A DNA stretch of 64,000 nucleotides from Qipengyuania sp. (GCA_019745075.1 JAIETR010000008.1:2063-66062); one strand, 5' to 3'; shown: positions 51,660-61,341, numbered from the stretch's first letter. The notes: generated by a model from the sequence alone, not told the origin. Program-made: numbers and translations.

Positions 51660-52049
51660 TCAAGGGGTGTGGTTGTTCACGACCCGGCGAATCCCTTCTT
51701 TCATCGTCTCGCCCGAAAAGTTGAGCAGCAAACCCAGGGATCGGTCGGTCAGGCGCAGATAGGTCAACAATTGTTTGGCATGGAGATTGGTCAAGCGTTC
51801 GACCGACTTGACCTCGATGACCAGCGCCTCGCTCACGAGCAAATCGACGCGAAAGGCGCGCGGGAAACGCATACCATCATACTCGATGTCGACCGGCACT
51901 TGCCGGTCAACCTTAAAGCCATGTCGAACCAAGGCTCCGGCGAGAACAGTTTCATAGACCGACTCCAGCAAACCGGGACCGAGTTCGCGATGTATGCGAA
52001 CACATTCATTGACTGTTATCCGGGCCAGGGATTCGATGGCGATTGTCAT
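51660..52049 (-). CDS. GxxExxY protein (PD-(D/E)xK-like small nuclease-fold family)
   Basis: ELGPGLLESVYETVL contains G-x-x-E-x-x-Y; later D...E.K pattern (VDLLVSEALVIEVKS); lower GC than its neighbours. Confidence 0.8.
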   Translation of the reverse strand: MTIAIESLARITVNECVRIHRELGPGLLESVYETVLAGALVRHGFKVDRQVPVDIEYDGMRFPRAFRVDLLVSEALVIEVKSVERLTNLHAKQLLTYLRLTDRSLGLLLNFSGETMKEGIRRVVNNHTP

Positions 52050-52075
52050 CCTTGCGCCTTAGCGCCTTTGCGAGC
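52050..52075. repeat. Inverted repeat (right) flanking the GxxExxY gene: CCTTGCGCCTTAGCGCCTTTGCGAGC
   Basis: Begins on the nucleotide after the start codon (CAT 52047-52049). Confidence 0.85.
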
Positions 52076-52108
52076 CCATCAAACTGCTCTGCGTCTCTGC
52101 GCGCAAAA

Positions 52109-53044
52109 TCAAATCTCCTTCGCGAAGGTTTCGAGGTCGGACATGGTGACGAGGCTCGTCGTGCGGGCGTCTGGCGCTGTGCGGGTGACCATCGGAGCGA
52201 GAACCTTGCCGCCGAGCTCGACGAAGTGTTCGACCCCCGCCTCGGCCATCGCCAGCACGCTTTCACGCCAGCGGACGCGGCCGGTGACTTGCCGGACCAG
52301 CAGATCGCGCTCCTCGCCAGGATCGGTGACGCGCCCGGCGGTGACATTGGCGTAGAGCGGCACCGCGAGCGCGCCCGGCGGCGTGGCGTTCAGCGCCTCG
52401 GCCATGCGCTCGGCGGCGGGCTGCATCAGCGAGCAGTGAAAGGGCGCCGACACGGGCAGCTTGATGCCGCGCTTGATGCCGTGATCCTTGACCAGTTCGA
52501 TGGCCCGCTCAATCGCTTCGAGGTGGCCAGAAATCACGACCTGCGAAGGATCGTTGTCGTTGGCTACTTCGCAGACCTGGCCTTGGGCGGCGGCTGCGGC
52601 GAGCGCGGTCGCCTTCTCAATGTCGGCGCCAAGCAGCGCAGCCATCGCTCCGACGCCCACCGGCACTGCCGCCTGCATCGCCGACCCACGCAGCTTGAGC
52701 AGTCGCGCAGTGTCGGCGAGCGAGAAAGCGCCCACGGCGCAGAGCGCGGTGTATTCGCCGAGCGAATGTCCCGCCACGCAGCCGGCGCGATCGGCCAGCT
52801 TCACGCCGAATTCGCGTTCCAGCACCCGCAGCGTGGCGATGGCGTTGGCCATGATCGCGGGCTGGGCGTTCTCGGTCAGCGTGAGCTGGTCCTCGGGGCC
52901 CTCGCGCATGATCGCCGAGAGCTTGAGCGACAATGCGTCGTCGACCTCGCCGAACACCTCGCGGGCCTGGCTGCTGGCCGCGGCGAGGTCGGCGCCCATG
53001 CCGATTTTCTGGCTCCCCTGGCCTGGGAAGATGAAGGCTTTCAT
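52109..53044 (-). CDS. fabD: Malonyl-CoA:ACP transacylase
   Basis: MKAFIFPGQGSQKIGMG...GHSLGEYTAL. Confidence 0.9.
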   Translation of the reverse strand: MKAFIFPGQGSQKIGMGADLAAASSQAREVFGEVDDALSLKLSAIMREGPEDQLTLTENAQPAIMANAIATLRVLEREFGVKLADRAGCVAGHSLGEYTALCAVGAFSLADTARLLKLRGSAMQAAVPVGVGAMAALLGADIEKATALAAAAAQGQVCEVANDNDPSQVVISGHLEAIERAIELVKDHGIKRGIKLPVSAPFHCSLMQPAAERMAEALNATPPGALAVPLYANVTAGRVTDPGEERDLLVRQVTGRVRWRESVLAMAEAGVEHFVELGGKVLAPMVTRTAPDARTTSLVTMSDLETFAKEI

Positions 53045-53071
53045 CGCTCTCTCCTCGAGTGGAGCGAGCGC

Positions 53072-53902
53072 TTATGCCCCGTCCGGGTCGCGGGCAAGCC
53101 CGAAGGGGACGATCCTGTTGGCGGCGCTGTGGCCGATCTGCGCCCGCCCGAGAAAGGGGATGCCCGCCCGCGCGCACCAGTCGCGCGCGATCCCTTCCGC
53201 GTCGGCGCCGAATCGACGGTCGTTCTCGGGGACGTCGGTCACCTCGCCAAGCCGCAGGCCCGCCAGTTCGGGCAGCTGCGCGGTGACGTGGAAGAACAGG
53301 CGGTCGATTTCGTAAAGATGCTCCGCCACTTCCTCCACCATGAGCACATGACCGGTCAGATCGGGCATGAAGCGCGTGCCCGCCAGCATCGCCAGCGTGG
53401 TGAGGTTGAAGGCGGCGGTGGGCCGTTCGTCGCGATGCGGCTCGAGACCGGAGCCGTCACCGCTCAGCCAGCGGAGCGTCCGCCGCACCGCCTCCGCCCC
53501 GCCCTCTCGCCGGATATCGGTGGGCATCGGGGCATGGACCTGGCGGCCGATGCCCGCGCCATAGAGCGCGCCCAGCAGAAACCCGCCGTCCGAGTAGCCG
53601 AGGTAGGTCTTGTCGCGCGCGCAAGGCCCCAGTCCGTCAAGCGCCCGCGGCAGCAGCCGGTTCGAGCCATAGCCGCCCTTGGCGAACCACACCGCCGCGC
53701 TGCCGGGATCGTTGGCGCAGTCGAGAAAGGCCGCGAGGCGCACCGGGTCGGCCCCGGCGAAGTGACCGTCCTGGAGGAAGCATTGTTGGTGAAAGGCCAG
53801 TTCGAGATCGGGAAACTCGGCCGCGGCCAGAGCCGTCACGGCATCCGCGTGCTCGCGCAGGATCGGCGTCGCGGGGGCGCAGATGGCGATGCGTTTCGTC
53901 AC
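53072..53902 (-). CDS. ldcA: LD-carboxypeptidase (S66 family, muropeptide recycling)
   Basis: The first 276 aa-equivalents of the lower end of ORF 53072..55465, from GTG (VTKRIAICAP...). FAKGGYGSNRLL, GYSDGG (Ser nucleophile), E...H region. Confidence 0.8.
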   Translation of the reverse strand: MTKRIAICAPATPILREHADAVTALAAAEFPDLELAFHQQCFLQDGHFAGADPVRLAAFLDCANDPGSAAVWFAKGGYGSNRLLPRALDGLGPCARDKTYLGYSDGGFLLGALYGAGIGRQVHAPMPTDIRREGGAEAVRRTLRWLSGDGSGLEPHRDERPTAAFNLTTLAMLAGTRFMPDLTGHVLMVEEVAEHLYEIDRLFFHVTAQLPELAGLRLGEVTDVPENDRRFGADAEGIARDWCARAGIPFLGRAQIGHSAANRIVPFGLARDPDGA

Positions 53903-53959
53903 GCCGTGGGCCCTAGCCAACTTGCCAGCCACGCCGCAACGCAATAGCGCCGCGGCCCG

Positions 53960-55387
53960 ATGAGCGACTTTCCCAGCCCCGACGAACTGCTGTCCCGCCC
54001 GTTCTTCTTCGTCGGCATCGGCGGCTCGGGGATGCTGCCGCTGGCGCAGATTCTCAAGGGCCGCGGGGCGCGGGTCGCCGGCTCGGACCGCAGCCGCGAC
54101 CAGGGGCGCACGCCCGAGAAATTCGCCGCGCTCGAGCGCGATGGCTTTGCCCTGTTCCCGCAGGACGGCAGCGGGATCGCCTCGCCCGAGCAGGTCGTGG
54201 TCGCCAGCGCCGCGGTCGAGGACAGCGTGCCCGAGATCGCGCACGCCAAGGAACTCGGCTGCTTGCGCGTCACCCGCGCCCAGCTCAATTCGATCCTGTT
54301 CAACACCAGCGGCGCCGGGATCGCGGTCGCGGGCACCAGCGGCAAATCGACCGTGACCGGCATGCTCGGCTGGATTCTCCACGCCGCGGGCCGCGCGCCG
54401 ACGATCATGAACGGCGCGGTGATGAAGAACTTCGTGACGGCCGAGCGTCCCGTCGCCAGCGCGGTGGTCGGGAGCGAAGGCCTCTATGTCAGCGAGGTCG
54501 ACGAAAGCGACGGCTCGATCGCGCTCTACCGTCCCGCAGTCGGTGTGCTGCTCAACGTCAGTCTCGACCACATGGGCATGGACGAGCTGCGCGCGCTGTT
54601 CGCGGATTACCTCGGCCGCAGCCGGATCGCGGTCATCAATGCCGACGACGCCGAGGCGCTCGCCCTGTTGCGTCATGCGAAGGAGGCGATCGCCTTCGGC
54701 ATCGACCAGCCGCGCGCGCAGATCGGCATCGCGCCCGGCGGTGTCGCCGAAGGGCCGATGCAGCAGGCCGCGCTGGTCATCGATCGCCACGATGGCAGCG
54801 AGCACGCGCTGCGCCTGCCGCTGCCGGGGCGGCACAATCTGTCCAATGCGCTCGCCGCCATCGCCGGGGCGGCCGCCGCGGGCATACCGGTCGCGAACTC
54901 CGTCCGATATCTCGCCGACTTCAAGGGATTGGCCCGCCGCTTCGAGATCGTCGGCACGAGCCCGTCCAACATCGCCGTCATCGACGATTTCGGCCACAAC
55001 CCGGAGAAATGCGCCGCCACGCTGCGCACGCTCAAGGCCCATCCGGGCCGCGTGCTCGCCTTCTTCCAGCCGCATGGCTATGGCCCGCTGCGCCAGATGG
55101 GCGCCGAGCTCGCCGAGACCCTGGCCCGCGAGCTGGGTCCGGACGATCGCGTCATCCTGTGCGACCCGGTCTATTTCGGCGGCACCACCGACCGCAGCGT
55201 GGGCAGCGAGCGCGTCGTCGAGCTGATCGAGGCATCGGGCGGCCGCGCCGAACATGTGGCCGCGCGCCCGGACGCCGGCGACCGGCTGGTCGAGATCGCC
55301 CGGCCCGGCGACCGGATCGTGGTGATGGGCGCGCGCGACGACACGCTCAGCGCCTTCGCTGCCGATATCCTCGCTCGGCTGGCCTGA
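53960..55387 (+). CDS. Mur ligase family protein (MurC/Mpl-like; recycling role suggested by divergent ldcA)
   Basis: FFFVGIGGSGMLPLAQIL, ATP-binding GTSGKSTVTGML, Mur ligase central and C-terminal domains. Confidence 0.8.
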   Translation: MSDFPSPDELLSRPFFFVGIGGSGMLPLAQILKGRGARVAGSDRSRDQGRTPEKFAALERDGFALFPQDGSGIASPEQVVVASAAVEDSVPEIAHAKELGCLRVTRAQLNSILFNTSGAGIAVAGTSGKSTVTGMLGWILHAAGRAPTIMNGAVMKNFVTAERPVASAVVGSEGLYVSEVDESDGSIALYRPAVGVLLNVSLDHMGMDELRALFADYLGRSRIAVINADDAEALALLRHAKEAIAFGIDQPRAQIGIAPGGVAEGPMQQAALVIDRHDGSEHALRLPLPGRHNLSNALAAIAGAAAAGIPVANSVRYLADFKGLARRFEIVGTSPSNIAVIDDFGHNPEKCAATLRTLKAHPGRVLAFFQPHGYGPLRQMGAELAETLARELGPDDRVILCDPVYFGGTTDRSVGSERVVELIEASGGRAEHVAARPDAGDRLVEIARPGDRIVVMGARDDTLSAFAADILARLA

Positions 55388-55416
55388 GGGCCTTCCAAAT
55401 GCGAACCTATTCCTCT

Positions 55417-55528
55417 CCGTTCGTGCCGAGGAGCCGAAGACGTAGTCCGAGGCGTCTCGAAGCACCGCGCGAGTCCTTCGAGACGGCGCTTCAGCCGTTC
55501 GGCTTCAGCGCCTCCTCAGGACGAACGG
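55417..55528. repeat. Repeat copy B2 (long-arm variant, tail-to-tail order with a 7-nt spacer)
   Basis: CCGTTCGTGCCGAGGAGCCGAAG...GTCTCGAAGCAC / GTCCTTCGAGACGG...CCTCAGGACGAACGG; between convergent genes. Confidence 0.8.
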
Positions 55529-55580
55529 GCGCTGGTTGGAAGTCGATGCCTCACTCCGATACGCAGCCCAAGAAGATGGC

Positions 55581-57266
55581 TCAACTGGCCGCGAATTCGC
55601 AGCGGTTGCGGCCGCCGTCCTTGGCCCGGTAGAGGGCGTCGTCCGCGTCCGAGAAGGCGACGTGCATCAGCTGCCCTTCGCCCATCACCCCGCCCACGCT
55701 GATGGTGATCTCTGGCATGTCGTAGGCCGATGCGGCGTCGGCGCTTTCCTCGATCGCCCGGCGGATCGCTTCCGCGAGCGCCTCCATCGAATCCGAGCCT
55801 CCGGCGCTGAACAGCACCGCGAACTCCTCGCCTCCTAGCCGGAACACCTGGCCCCCGCCGTGCTCGGCAACCACCTTCTCGATGACCCGCGCGGCATGGC
55901 ACAGCACCGCGTCGCCGCGCTGATGGCCGAAGCTGTCGTTGATGGTCTTGAACCGGTCGATGTCGGCCACCAGCAGCGCCTTGCCGGTGGTGAGGCGCCG
56001 GTTCTGATCGAAGGCGCGGCGGTTGAGAAGTCCCGTCAACCCGTCGCTGTTGGCCATCGCGCCGAGCTTCCTGGCAGTGATGCGCGCGCGGTCGCGCTCG
56101 CCCTTGATGATCAGGAAGCGGTCGCCCACCCTCGCCGAACTGCCTACCACCAGGATCACCAGCGCGACATAGACCGCCTCGTCGACGGTCTCCGACAGCT
56201 CGAACAGGCCCAGGCTGGCGAAAACCTGCGCCGCCCCCGCCACGATCAGACCGGCATAGGCCGCCGCCAGGAAGGTGGCGGCGCGGCTCTTCTGCAGCAG
56301 TGCCGCGGCCAACACCGCGACCAGCGCCGCGATAACCGGCAGAACGCTGAGCAGATACAGCGGCAGCAGGCGCATACGCAGCACCTCGAGGTCGAGGAAC
56401 AGCAGGCCGGCCAGCACCAGGTTCACCGCGGCGGACCACAGCAGCGCTCGCCGCAGGGGCCGCGAGATCAGCCCTTCCTCGAGCACCTGGAGCGAGAACT
56501 GGGCCATGCACAGGACCGTGACCGACATCGCGAAGAATAGCGCGGCGAAGCGCAGCCGGCTGGGAATATCGGGCCAGATCACCATGATGAGCCCGGAATT
56601 GAACAGCACGTAGAGCAGCGTCCCGACCGTCATCCCGAGGTGCCAGATCATGAAGCGAGCGCGCAGCACGCGATAGAACAGCAGGTCGTAGACGATCGGG
56701 ACCAGCAGCGTGCCGCAGATCAGCATGTAGAGCAGAATGCGGCTGTAGTTGCGACCCGCCGCCTCGCCATGGCTCGACAGTTGCATCCGCAGGAACACCG
56801 CCGCCGACTGGGGCCGTTCGACCACCACGTCGATGGCGGTCAGCGCGCTCGCTTCCTGCTGGATCGGCACCCAGAAATTGCCGTTGGCGTCCCAGTTGCG
56901 GACCGCCATCTGCGAATCGACATCGACCAGCCGCTGGCTGCCATCGGCATAGTCGAGGCGGATCAGCATCGAATCGAACGCGGTGGGATCGGTCTGCCAG
57001 ACCAATTGGCCGGGGTGCAAATGCCCGATCTTCGAAAGGTCGATGCGTCCGCGCACGAACCGGTCGCGGCGATTGAAGCGGCCGGCGCCGCAATCGAGCC
57101 GCGCATCCGCGATCCCGAATGCCGCCTCGGCGCTATCCGCTCCGCCGGCGCAGGTGGCGCCGGCCAGGGCGATCGGACGCGCGGCGGCGGATCCCGCCAC
57201 GGCGAAACCGGCGAGTGCGGCGGCCAGCGCGAACGCGGCCCACAGAAACAGGCGTTTGACCCCCAA
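55581..57266 (-). CDS. Diguanylate cyclase with 7TMR-DISM extracellular and 7-TM sensor modules
   Basis: Signal peptide, periplasmic domain, seven hydrophobic helices, then GGDEF domain (RLGGEEFAVLF, RxxD-like I-site region). Confidence 0.85.
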   Translation of the reverse strand: MGVKRLFLWAAFALAAALAGFAVAGSAAARPIALAGATCAGGADSAEAAFGIADARLDCGAGRFNRRDRFVRGRIDLSKIGHLHPGQLVWQTDPTAFDSMLIRLDYADGSQRLVDVDSQMAVRNWDANGNFWVPIQQEASALTAIDVVVERPQSAAVFLRMQLSSHGEAAGRNYSRILLYMLICGTLLVPIVYDLLFYRVLRARFMIWHLGMTVGTLLYVLFNSGLIMVIWPDIPSRLRFAALFFAMSVTVLCMAQFSLQVLEEGLISRPLRRALLWSAAVNLVLAGLLFLDLEVLRMRLLPLYLLSVLPVIAALVAVLAAALLQKSRAATFLAAAYAGLIVAGAAQVFASLGLFELSETVDEAVYVALVILVVGSSARVGDRFLIIKGERDRARITARKLGAMANSDGLTGLLNRRAFDQNRRLTTGKALLVADIDRFKTINDSFGHQRGDAVLCHAARVIEKVVAEHGGGQVFRLGGEEFAVLFSAGGSDSMEALAEAIRRAIEESADAASAYDMPEITISVGGVMGEGQLMHVAFSDADDALYRAKDGGRNRCEFAAS

Positions 57267-57555
57267 CTACACGTCCCTCGTTCGCCACTCCTCCGCCGCA
57301 CCCGGATGACAAGTGGTAAACTGGCGCGAACCCTCTCAATTTACCGTGAACGCGGCAAGCGAAAAGATCGCGACGGGCGCTATAGTGCTCCGCCCATCGG
57401 CAAATCCGCCGGGCATTCGCTATCCTCGTGTTGGAGCGCCGCCGCCTCCCGGTCAGGCGTGGCCTTTTTCGCAAGCCCCACCATTTCTTTGGCGATTATA
57501 TACCTTACAAACACAGATGGATTGAGGCATGAGCTCCTTACAGGAAGTTAGGTCG

Positions 57556-57669
57556 ATGTCCGCCCTTTCCCGCCCCGAGTTTCACAGCGAAACCGCCGCC
57601 TTCGCCCACTTGGAAAAGATCATCTGGGCGGGCGCTCCGGTATGCCCGCACTGCGATAGAACGCGCTAG
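57556..57669 (+). pseudogene. N-terminal zinc-ribbon fragment of an IS1595-family transposase (truncated after 37 codons)
   Basis: MSALSRPEFHSETAAFAHLEKIIWAGAPVCPHCDRTR* resembles the F.tEeaa..yLE..RW..g..CP.Cg N-terminus of IS1595 transposases. Confidence 0.45.
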
Positions 57670-57990
57670 CCACGACATCCGCCAGTTGCAGCCCAGCTCG
57701 CGCATGGTGAGGGTGATCTTCCATATAATCCGTGGTTAGCGTGTCGGTATCCGGGATCCGCTTCTCCAAGAAGATCGAGCCAGCTTGCTGTCGATGACGA
57801 AGATACAGCGAATAGGCACGGGTTTGGCTGTAGCGATGCCCGCCGCGTCGCGAGACACGCTCACTGACATGTGTCGCAACGCCGCTACAAACGGTGCCGA
57901 CCACTCGTCCTGTTCGCCACGCCAATCCGTGTCCATCGCCAGCCCTTCGAAAAGCTGGCTCCCTATGAATCACCGGAATCCTCCCTTGGG
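57620..57990 (-). pseudogene. Degraded DUF3800-like gene remnant (frameshifted, N-terminally truncated)
   Basis: The C-terminal peptide ...GLQLADVVASAFYRS resembles the DUF3800 LQ.AD motif. The upstream part is only readable in another frame. Lower GC. Confidence 0.3.
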
Positions 57991-58036
57991 AATCCCAAAA
58001 ATCACAAATCTGCCAATGTAGTGCTAGCGACCTCTT

Positions 58037-58143
58037 CCCGTTCGTATCGAGCGGAGAACGAAGTTCTTGGTCGAGATACGCAAGCGCCGTGCCAGCGTGT
58101 CTCGACGGGCGCGAGCCTGCGGCTCGTTGCTCGACACGAACGG
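58037..58143. repeat. Repeat copy A7 (tail-to-tail order, 17-nt spacer, both arms internally expanded)
   Basis: CCCGTTCGTATCGAGCGG...GGTCGAGATAC / GTGTCTCGACGGGCG...GCTCGACACGAACGGG. Confidence 0.75.
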
Positions 58144-58155
58144 GATTGAACGACT

Positions 58156-59109
58156 TTAGGCGTTGCCCACGACGAAGCAGGCGACCGCCACCAGCGCGCC
58201 CGCCACCCGGTTCGAACGGAAACGCGCCAGCGGGTTGTCCGCGTCCGCCGGATCGAGCGTCGCGACCTGCCACAGCAGGTGCAGCGCGGCGGGCAGCAGC
58301 GTCAGCAGCGCGATCCAGTCCGGGCGCAGCAGCCAGAAGGCGAGCGCCCACAGCGCCACGGCGGCCCCATAGAACAGCCCCACTCCGCCGCGCACCCGCT
58401 CGCCAAGCCTGAGCGCGCTCGAGCGGATGCCGACCAGCGCGTCGTCCTCGCGGTCCTGCAAGGCGTAGATCGTGTCGTAGCCGATCACCCAGCACACCGC
58501 CCCGGCATACATCGCCGCCAGCACCTCCCAATGGTCCCAGCGCAGCTGCGTCCAGCCCACCAGCAGCCCCCAGCTGAACACCAGCCCGAGCCACGCCTGC
58601 GGCCACCAGGTGATCCGCTTCATGAAGGGATAGGCGGCGACCGGCGCCAGGCTCGCCAGCGCCACGATCCGCGCCTCGAAGCGCAGTTGCAGCAGCACCG
58701 CCAGCCCGACGAGGCACAGCGCCAGCAACCAGCCCCAGGCCAGCTTGCGCGAAACCCGCCCGCTCGCCACCGGGCGGGTGGCGGTGCGCGCCACCTGCCG
58801 GTCGAGATCGGCATCGACGAGATCGTTGTAGACGCAGCCCGCCCCGCGCATCGCGATCGCGCCGAGCAGCAGCCAGGCGACCACAGCGAGCTGCGCCCCC
58901 GCGCCGGTCAGCCAAACCCCCCAGGCGCAGGGCCAGAACAGCAGCCACCACCCGATCGGGCGGTCGAACCGCGCCAGCATCGCGAGATCGCGCGGGACTC
59001 GCGGCAGGCGGGCGATCAGCCCCCGGTGTTCGCTGTCGGGGACGATGGTTTCGGGGCTCGCGGTCACGGGCTTGCTCCGTAAAGTGCCGCGTGCCACCTG
59101 CCTAGCCAT
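58156..59109 (-). CDS. ubiA: 4-hydroxybenzoate polyprenyltransferase
   Basis: UbiA motifs GCVYNDLVDADLDRQVARTATRP and YDTIYALQDREDD; polytopic. Confidence 0.85.
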   Translation of the reverse strand: MARQVARGTLRSKPVTASPETIVPDSEHRGLIARLPRVPRDLAMLARFDRPIGWWLLFWPCAWGVWLTGAGAQLAVVAWLLLGAIAMRGAGCVYNDLVDADLDRQVARTATRPVASGRVSRKLAWGWLLALCLVGLAVLLQLRFEARIVALASLAPVAAYPFMKRITWWPQAWLGLVFSWGLLVGWTQLRWDHWEVLAAMYAGAVCWVIGYDTIYALQDREDDALVGIRSSALRLGERVRGGVGLFYGAAVALWALAFWLLRPDWIALLTLLPAALHLLWQVATLDPADADNPLARFRSNRVAGALVAVACFVVGNA

Positions 59110-59869
59110 GCCCGCCACCCCCGCCTGGCCACCGAAATCCGCCCCGCGCCTGTTCGTGGAAGAGGCGCTCGCAGCAGGGCATCGCGTGACGCTCGAGGGC
59201 AACCAGGCCCACTACCTCGCCAAAGTGATGCGCATCGAGCCGGGCGGTACGGTCCTATTGTGCGACGATTTGACCGGGGAATGGGCCGCCATGGTGATCG
59301 AAGCGGGCAAGCGGCACGTCACGGTCGAGCCTGTAGATCGGCTGCGGGATCGCGAGGCGGTGCCCGATTTCTGGCTCTGCCCGGCGCTGCTCAAGAAAGA
59401 CCGCTTCGACCTCCTGCTGGAGAAGGCGACGGAATTGGGCGTGGCCGAAATCCGCCCTGTCGTGACCCGCCGCTGCGTGGCCGACAAGCTCAACGCCGGG
59501 CGGGCGCGAAGCATCGTGACCGAAGCCGCCGAACAATGCGCTCGCACCGCGCTGCCCGTCGTGGCCGAACCGCAGCCGCTCGCGAAGCTGCTCGCAAGCT
59601 GGCCCGAAGATCGCACGCTGTTCTTCGCCGACGAGCTCGGCGGCGAGCCGGCGGCGGAAGCCTTCGCCGGAAACGCAAGAGCAGCCCTCCTCACCGGCCC
59701 CGAAGGCGGCTTCGACGAAGCCGAGCGCGCCGCCATTCGCGCACTGCTCCAAGTCCGCCCGATCACCCTCGGCCCGCGCATCCTGCGGGGCGAGACGGCA
59801 GTGATTGCCGGCGCCGCGCTGTGGATGGGCGTAGCGGGCGACTGGCACAATTCGCTGGCGCGCGGGTGA
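59108..59869 (+). CDS. rsmE: 16S rRNA (uracil1498-N3)-methyltransferase
   Basis: RLFVEEALAAGHRVTLEGNQAHYLAKVMR...LLTGPEGGFDEAE...ITLGPRILRGETA. Confidence 0.85.
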   Translation: MPATPAWPPKSAPRLFVEEALAAGHRVTLEGNQAHYLAKVMRIEPGGTVLLCDDLTGEWAAMVIEAGKRHVTVEPVDRLRDREAVPDFWLCPALLKKDRFDLLLEKATELGVAEIRPVVTRRCVADKLNAGRARSIVTEAAEQCARTALPVVAEPQPLAKLLASWPEDRTLFFADELGGEPAAEAFAGNARAALLTGPEGGFDEAERAAIRALLQVRPITLGPRILRGETAVIAGAALWMGVAGDWHNSLARG

Positions 59870-59891
59870 TCGGTTTTCTACCGCAACCGGT

Positions 59892-61262
59892 ATGAGCACC
59901 CGCGAAGCCTCGAGCGCCGAAGATCCGATCATCGAGAGCCGGGAGCAGCTGGTCGCGCCGATGATCGCTGGCGAGAAGCCGAAAGATGACTGGCGCATCG
60001 GCACCGAGCACGAGAAGCTGGTCTTTCGCGGCCCCGACCATCACGCCCCCGCCTATTGCGAGGACGGCGGCATCCGCGACATCCTCTTGGCGCTGACCGA
60101 GTTCGGGTGGGAGCCGGTGGTGGAAGGCGGCCAGGTCATCGCCATGCGCGGGGCGGACGGCACCGTCAGCCTCGAGCCCGCGGGCCAGCTCGAACTCTCG
60201 GGCGCGCCGCTCGAGAATCTCCACCAGACCTGCGCGGAGACCGGTCGCCACCTGGAGCAGGTCAAGGCGATCGGGGAACGTTTCGGCGTCGGCTTCCTCG
60301 GGCTCGGAATGTGGCCGGACAAGCGCCGCGACGAGCTGCCGATCATGCCCAAGGGCCGCTATGAGATCATGCTCCGCCACATGCCGCGCGTCGGCAGCAT
60401 GGGCCTCGACATGATGCTGCGGACTTGCACCATCCAGGTAAACCTCGACTATTCGAGCGAGGCGGACATGGCGCACAAGTTCCGCACCAGCCTCGCGCTT
60501 CAGCCGCTCGCCACCGCGCTGTTCGCCAATTCGCCCTTCGCCGAAGGCAAGCCCAACGGCTTCCTCAGCTACCGCAGCCATATCTGGTCGGACACCGATC
60601 CCCACCGCACCGGCATGCTGCCCTTCGTGTTCGAAGACGGCTTCGGCTACGGCCGCTACGCCGACTACATGCTCGACGTGCCGATGTATTTCGTGTTCCG
60701 CGAGGGCAAGTATATCGACGCCGCGGGTCAGAGCTTTCGCGACTTCCTCAAGGGAGAGCTGCCCGCGCTGCCCGGCGAACGCCCACGCGCCAGCGACTGG
60801 ATCGACCACCTCTCGACCGCCTTTCCAGAGGTGCGGCTCAAGAGCTTCCTCGAGATGCGCGGCGCCGACGGGGGGCCGTGGAGCCGGATTTGCGCGCTGC
60901 CCGCCTTCTGGGTCGGGCTGCTCTACGACCAGGGCGCGCTCGACGCCGTCTGGGCGCTGGTCCGGGACTGGACGATGGAGGAGCGCGAGGCTCTGCGGAA
61001 CGCGGTGCCCAGGCTGGCCCTCGACGCCCCCATTCCCGGGGGCCGCAAGCTGATCGACCTCGCCCGCGAGGTGCTGCCGATCGCGCGCGCCGGGCTGACC
61101 GCGCGCGCGCGCCTCAACGCCAGCGGCGACAACGAGACCGGCTTCCTCGACACGCTCGAGGAAATCGTCGCCAGCGGCAAGGCGCCCGCGCAGCGCCTGC
61201 TCGATCGCTATCGTGGCGAATGGCAGGGCGACGTCAGCCGCGTCTACGAAGACAGCTTCTGA
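59892..61262 (+). CDS. gshA: Glutamate-cysteine ligase (plant/alphaproteobacterial GCS2 type)
   Basis: RIGTEHEKLVF..., SLEPAGQLELSGAP, CTIQVNLDY, ANSPF... typical GSH1/GCS2. Confidence 0.9.
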   Translation: MSTREASSAEDPIIESREQLVAPMIAGEKPKDDWRIGTEHEKLVFRGPDHHAPAYCEDGGIRDILLALTEFGWEPVVEGGQVIAMRGADGTVSLEPAGQLELSGAPLENLHQTCAETGRHLEQVKAIGERFGVGFLGLGMWPDKRRDELPIMPKGRYEIMLRHMPRVGSMGLDMMLRTCTIQVNLDYSSEADMAHKFRTSLALQPLATALFANSPFAEGKPNGFLSYRSHIWSDTDPHRTGMLPFVFEDGFGYGRYADYMLDVPMYFVFREGKYIDAAGQSFRDFLKGELPALPGERPRASDWIDHLSTAFPEVRLKSFLEMRGADGGPWSRICALPAFWVGLLYDQGALDAVWALVRDWTMEEREALRNAVPRLALDAPIPGGRKLIDLAREVLPIARAGLTARARLNASGDNETGFLDTLEEIVASGKAPAQRLLDRYRGEWQGDVSRVYEDSF

Positions 61263-61341
61263 CCGGGGACGCGTTGGGCCGACAACAGAGGTCCGCGGAA
61301 CGTAGGGTGCATTGAGGCAAAGCCGAAATGCACCGCAAACC

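Noticed and set aside
53903-55465. Upper two-thirds of the 797-aa minus-strand ORF 53072..55465
   Set aside because: Only the last 276 codons (LD-carboxypeptidase) look like a protein. The rest is antisense to the Mur ligase gene and to repeat B2.
57620-58951. 443-aa minus-strand ORF
   Set aside because: It is a composite of antisense or off-frame ubiA sequence, repeat A7 (peptide LDTNG) and the DUF3800-like remnant, not a single gene.
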